NCBI RefSeq assembly: GCF_006345805.1
Contig: NW_021826295.1
Coordinates: forward strand, 1-13,210
DNA length: 13,210 bases
Reading direction: 5' to 3'
From: Octopus sinensis
Taxonomy: Eukaryota
A model generated the notes under the pieces. That model worked only from the letters and a program-made list of their open reading frames with translations, had not been told where the DNA came from and ran no database searches. Below, in pieces: positions 9,178-13,210 of this stretch; the first letter of the stretch is position 1, and every line of letters starts with the position of its first letter. Made by a program: the position numbers and the translations under genes.

Positions 9178-9250
9178 TTGATGATGATGATGATTTGGTT
9201 GAGAGGAAGAAGGATGCTAACGATCATTGTGGTGGTGGTGATGATGATGA
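9178..9250. repeat. (GAT)n and (GGT)n(GAT)n trinucleotide tracts
   Basis: Directly visible. Confidence 0.9.
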
Positions 9251-9967
9251 TACACCCGACTAAGCAATTTTGTAGAGATGAAATCTTGTTAGTGGCATTG
9301 TAGTTGAGTATTTCTCGTTCCTCCATTCATAGAATGATGACGAAGGCGAATTGCATAAAGCTAGCCTTACTCACTGGGCCAGTTTTGCTTTCATTAAGAA
9401 ATAAAAGATGAGATTATAAACTGCTGGATGCAGGGGATAATCTGAACTTCTGCCGTTGTATTTTTAGCATTCGGCAACACTTGCTAAAGCTGTTGGTGTG
9501 ACGGCTAGTATTGTTCACTCAATGAACCAGAGTGAGTGTTGACTTGCTTGGATTGACGCAAGAGTGTGCCATTTGATGACTGGCCTCAAATGGTTTAGTT
9601 TTGCCTGCCAAAGCAGTTCAGCACGGCGTTACCATTGCACATACAACACCAACTTGGCGCCTCATGTCTTTTAATGATGTTGTTGTTTAACACAAAGTTG
9701 GCCCTAATTTAACAAATCATAGCCATTCCATGACCATCTTGCCTTTTTACAAATTTAATCTTACCGCAGGTGATTGTATATTATTCCGAGGAAAGTTCGC
9801 TACTATTTCTCTCAACTCGAATTAATCAAGGGAAATACTTTCATTATTTATTGAAGAGAAACTAAACAATACATACACATGTTCGTATATGTGGGTGAAT
9901 ATATATGTGTGTTTACTATATGAGTGTGTGTATTATATATGTGTGCTTATATGATTCTTCACTAAAT

Positions 9968-11200
9968 AACAATACCGCCACAAGCTCATCCGAAGCAGCC
10001 TTTACAAACTTATGCAGCTGCAGACGTCCAACCTCCTGTTTTATGAGTGCACAAGATCCACATTGGCTCATGTAGCATCGCCGTCAAAGCTAGTCTGAGC
10101 AATCACTACTCTAGCTTCAAATCGCATACAAAATCTAACAGCGCATCGTTATCTCAACTTATCAATAAACTAACGCTTGACTCAACTCCTTTCACTCTCA
10201 AACGGTCCATACCCACGCCATACCTTACAGAGGATATAATAACAAGTGTAATCTCTGCATAGCCGAGGTCATGGCTATTTTGCAATCCACGGACTGTCTC
10301 AATGAACGCAGCAGTATAATGTTCACCTGTAAACATCGGGCACTAAATCCATTCTCGAAACACAAATAGTTGCAACCCGCCCCGCCGGATCTTGTCTCCC
10401 CATAACTCTCATGTATTCTTTTTCCCACTCATCTACCCTCACAACCACTGCGCATTAAACCAACAATATTTTCCTCCCTTTTTAATTCCTTAATCGTCAA
10501 TTACAATTTTCTATCCGTGTTTTTACTTACTACCGAAAATATTCTTCTCTCCTTAAATTTCTACTCCCTCCCCCTCCTATCCCTCCACCCGTAAACGTAC
10601 ACACACATACGCCTTCACCATTTCATTCGTTTTTCTTTTTCTTCTTGTACCAATTTATGCCTTTTGACCATAAACCACTGGCCCTGCTTAAACCCCCAAC
10701 CATACCATGCTTTATTCATATGTACTTTTTTTCCTCCACGACCAAAAGTATTCCCCCACCCTCTCCCCTTCAATTTCTCCCCTTCAGATACAAACCTATG
10801 ATTAAGTTAAATTTCTATGATTAAGTTAAAACTACTCTATTATCTACCACCGACCCGTCCAATTCCTCCTTTCTCTCACACCCTTATATTTTATTTCATT
10901 GATTTACTTATTTTCTTCCTTTCTGTTATTTCTCCCCTCATTTATATACCCCTCACACACTGTGCCCTTCACATTCTGATTGAATCTTCTTTGTGTCAGC
11001 ATGTACCCCCTTGCGACAATGTAACCTTTAATCTAATCAAAATATCCTTGGCCTGAAGAGTAGCTGGTGCTATACACCTCACTTGGATTTTAACACTTCC
11101 GAGGTTCCACTCGCTATGAAACATGGATTTCCCATACTCCATTCCGCAATTCTTTTATTCTTTTTCGCACAATTGGGAACGCTGGTTGCCTACCGAGGAA
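9968..11200 (+). mobile_element. Penelope-like retroelement copy 2 (different family from copy 1): GIY-YIG endonuclease remnant 9968-10369 plus a long C/T-rich 3' UTR / pseudo-LTR
   Basis: Translation: NLCSCRRPTSC / (deletion and frameshift ~10048) HKIHIGSCSIAVKASLSNHYSSFKSHTKSNSASLSQLINKLTLDSTPFTLKRSI / (frameshift ~10225) YRGYNNKCNLCIAEVMAILQSTDCLNERSSIMFTCKHRALNPFSKHK*. This parallels the PLE pattern CxCR..C...YIG...H..SF...T.LS..IW.LK...I.W.I...Y...C.LC..E..I...LN.RS...C.H. The 3' boundary is estimated from composition and the hammerhead-like motif. Confidence 0.8.
11046..11198 (+). ncRNA. Candidate type I hammerhead ribozyme (possibly degenerate) in the PLE 3' region
   Basis: CUGAAGA 11053-11059. 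Stem II base G-UAGC (11060-11064) pairs with GCUA-U (11113-11117), immediately followed by GAAAC (11118-11122). Possible cleavage triplet GUU 11185-11187, followed by GCC/GAGG able to pair with upstream CCUU-GGC. Stem III pairing is imperfect. Confidence 0.5.
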
Positions 11201-11351
11201 TATAAAAGGAACTTTTTTAAAAACTAATCGTTCTTTGATAAAGACAAAGATCCACAATCTTCTGCTGTTGTTCCTGAAAGTTGTTTTTTTATATTCACTA
11301 CGGATTGCTCGAAGCTAACATTCTTCCTACACCTCGATCCCTGGATCTTAC

Positions 11352-11355
<4 letters not shown>

Positions 11356-11390
<35 letters not shown>

Positions 11391-11412
11391 TACATGTGTG
11401 TGCGTTTATATG
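11356..11412. repeat. (CA)n microsatellite with degenerate flank
   Basis: Directly visible. Confidence 0.95.
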
Positions 11413-12440
11413 TGTTTGTATGAATACCTGTTAATGTTATACGAACTGCTGTTGTTTACGTTGTGTCTCTTTAATCGTTAACTTCGCAGTTCGACAAAAT
11501 AGGGATGATAAAATAACATGGGAATAATGAAGTTGCAATGAGCCATCGAAGTACTTGAAGGCCCTGCCCGATTCATGGCATTGCTTAAAATTACTCACGG
11601 TTAAAGCATTTGTCAATTTATTTCCACAACTTTACTCTGTAGTGTTTATCTTATTGATTGTCGTTTAAACTTGAAAATATTAAAACAGTTGTTCGTTCTT
11701 TTTCATTCCAATGGCTGAAATTCGCCAGTACCATTACTGCTATTTCTTGCTTCTTCCAGGCACCCGTCCATATCATGATTTCTGTAATTTTCGGCTGCCT
11801 AACCGCTTTTGAAATCATTGTAAAGATTTTCGTACGTCGCTAACAGAACACCTTACTTTCCCTTCAGATTTCTCACTCTGTTCTGTATCAGAATCGTTTT
11901 TAACGGAGTAAGTTTCCCGATGTCCTCTTGTTTATGAATCCTCTTTCACTATTTCTGCAATATTTTGTGGGTCTGTTTTATTAGTATCAAATTCATCCCC
12001 CTTATTTGAAATTATGGTGCCAATGGAAATTAAATTTTCTTCATTCTGTTTCTGTTTCACGAATAATTCTGTAATTTTTTCCCGACAACTGAAGCAGCCA
12101 CTCCATTACTTCCTAATAAACAGGCGATATTTATTGGCTCTGAGTTTAGATTTTGTATCTTTTTTTCAGCCTCGCCATGCTTCACAACTTCTCAGAAAAT
12201 GGGCTTCCAACATTTTGTTCAGGTAGGTTTATTTTTTATTTCACGACTTGTTATTGCAATTACCCTCTAACAATCCCGAATATATGATATTTCCCGTTCG
12301 TCCTGTTCGTTTTCTTCTGCATCATTCAGTATTTTTCGTATTAGTATCTAACATAATTCGTCTTAAAATTGCAACTTATATTTTAGTCTGATAGATGAAT
12401 AAGTAGTACATTATTGGATTGTGAGAATATGACATTAACC

Positions 12441-12456
12441 CAGGGGTTTCCAAAAC
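12441..12456 (+). mobile_element. Possible left terminal inverted repeat of a hAT (Charlie/Buster-like) element
   Basis: CAGGGGTTTCCAAAAC resembles CAGGGGTTCCCAAAC-type hAT TIRs. The preceding 8-mer CATTAACC fits the nnnTAnnn Buster target pattern. No partner TIR or second TSD in the window. Confidence 0.3.
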
Positions 12457-13210
12457 CCAGGGATGTGATAAAGCGTTAACAAAATTTTGAAGCCAATATT
12501 ATTTTTTGTATAAATTTTAGTTTCAGGGACAAAGTTTCCTAAAACCAGTTTTCTAACATTACAGCAGAAATCCATGATTTGTTTTATTTACAGACTTTTA
12601 AATTGTTGGATGTTTTTATTCTATTTTCTCATTGCACATATATTATGAACCCTAAAATTTAATAATGGCTTCAAAAAGTCACTTATTGCTTTACAGTATA
12701 AAAAATAAAAGGATTTTATCTTTAGAAACTTTAAATCTTCTAACCTGTTTTTCTCTCTGACCGGTATTATCAGTATGAAATATTTGTCTCAAAGAGCTTC
12801 GTCAATAATTTTAGATAACTGTATCGTACTGACTTAAATAAAAATTAACAAATCCATCCCTAAGCAATACATTTTTGGTTTTCTCTTCAATCCAAAAATT
12901 ACTACTTTGTCCATTGTTTCCATGTTTCTACGAATGTTTGACATTTCTTTTCAACAGCTTCTGTTTTCATATTAATTTCCTCTTTTATAATAATTGCATT
13001 GTTTGTATCAAACTGCTTTGTAGTTTATTTCCAATTCTTTCCAGTTTGAAATTGATTTGATATTTCACTTCTTATTCCTAGAGAAATTGATGTTTGCCCG
13101 TTTCTTGTTTAAAAAATAGAATTATCATGCAATCGCGAAAATATAAATAAATAGATATACAAATAAATAAACAAATCTAACGTGGGTGCTACTTAGGCAT
13201 ATGGTTTACC

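Noticed and set aside
9190-9250. Poly-His (minus) or poly-Asp/Gly (plus) suggesting a transcription-factor exon
   Set aside because: Both frames are closed by stops within a few dozen codons; they are trinucleotide repeats.
8956-9593. Isolated 7-8 bp hairpins (CGTAAAT/ATTTACG near 8957-8979; CCATTTGA/TCAAATGG 9569-9593) and ACACCG/CGGTGT at 280-300
   Set aside because: A few such stems are expected by chance in 13 kb of AT-rich DNA, and none has pre-miRNA length.
12435-12441. TTAA-CCC as a piggyBac terminus
   Set aside because: No matching GGG-TTAA end. The following bases fit a hAT-type TIR better, and that call is itself weak.

Overview
AT-rich eukaryotic genomic DNA with dense microsatellites. 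It is most likely from an octopus: this is inferred from a SINE I recognise as an abundant Octopus repeat and from the (TA)n/(TG)n/(GA)n density. No intact protein-coding gene is supported, and the window reads as intronic or intergenic DNA filled with transposon remnants. It holds two different decayed Penelope-like retroelements (PLEs) with GIY-YIG endonuclease remnants (416-1155 minus; 9968-~11200 plus). It also holds a doubly truncated CR1/L2-group LINE (4705-5986), a near full-length tRNA-derived SINE (2690-3098 minus), and two non-autonomous Helitron-like elements with TC...CTAG ends in A|T sites (3309-3965, 6932-7762, both minus), the second carrying a nested palindromic MITE-like insert. 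A possible RTE 3' fragment and a possible hAT terminus are weaker calls. The most interesting signal is a hammerhead-ribozyme-like core with long stem II/III insertions (11046-11198) downstream of the second PLE. Also notable are two in-frame TGA codons in the first PLE endonuclease (weak selenocysteine hypothesis) and two fold-back structures made from inverted transposon pieces. I see no convincing evidence of a wholly new biological system. Nearly all ORFs in the supplied track are microsatellite or antisense artefacts.
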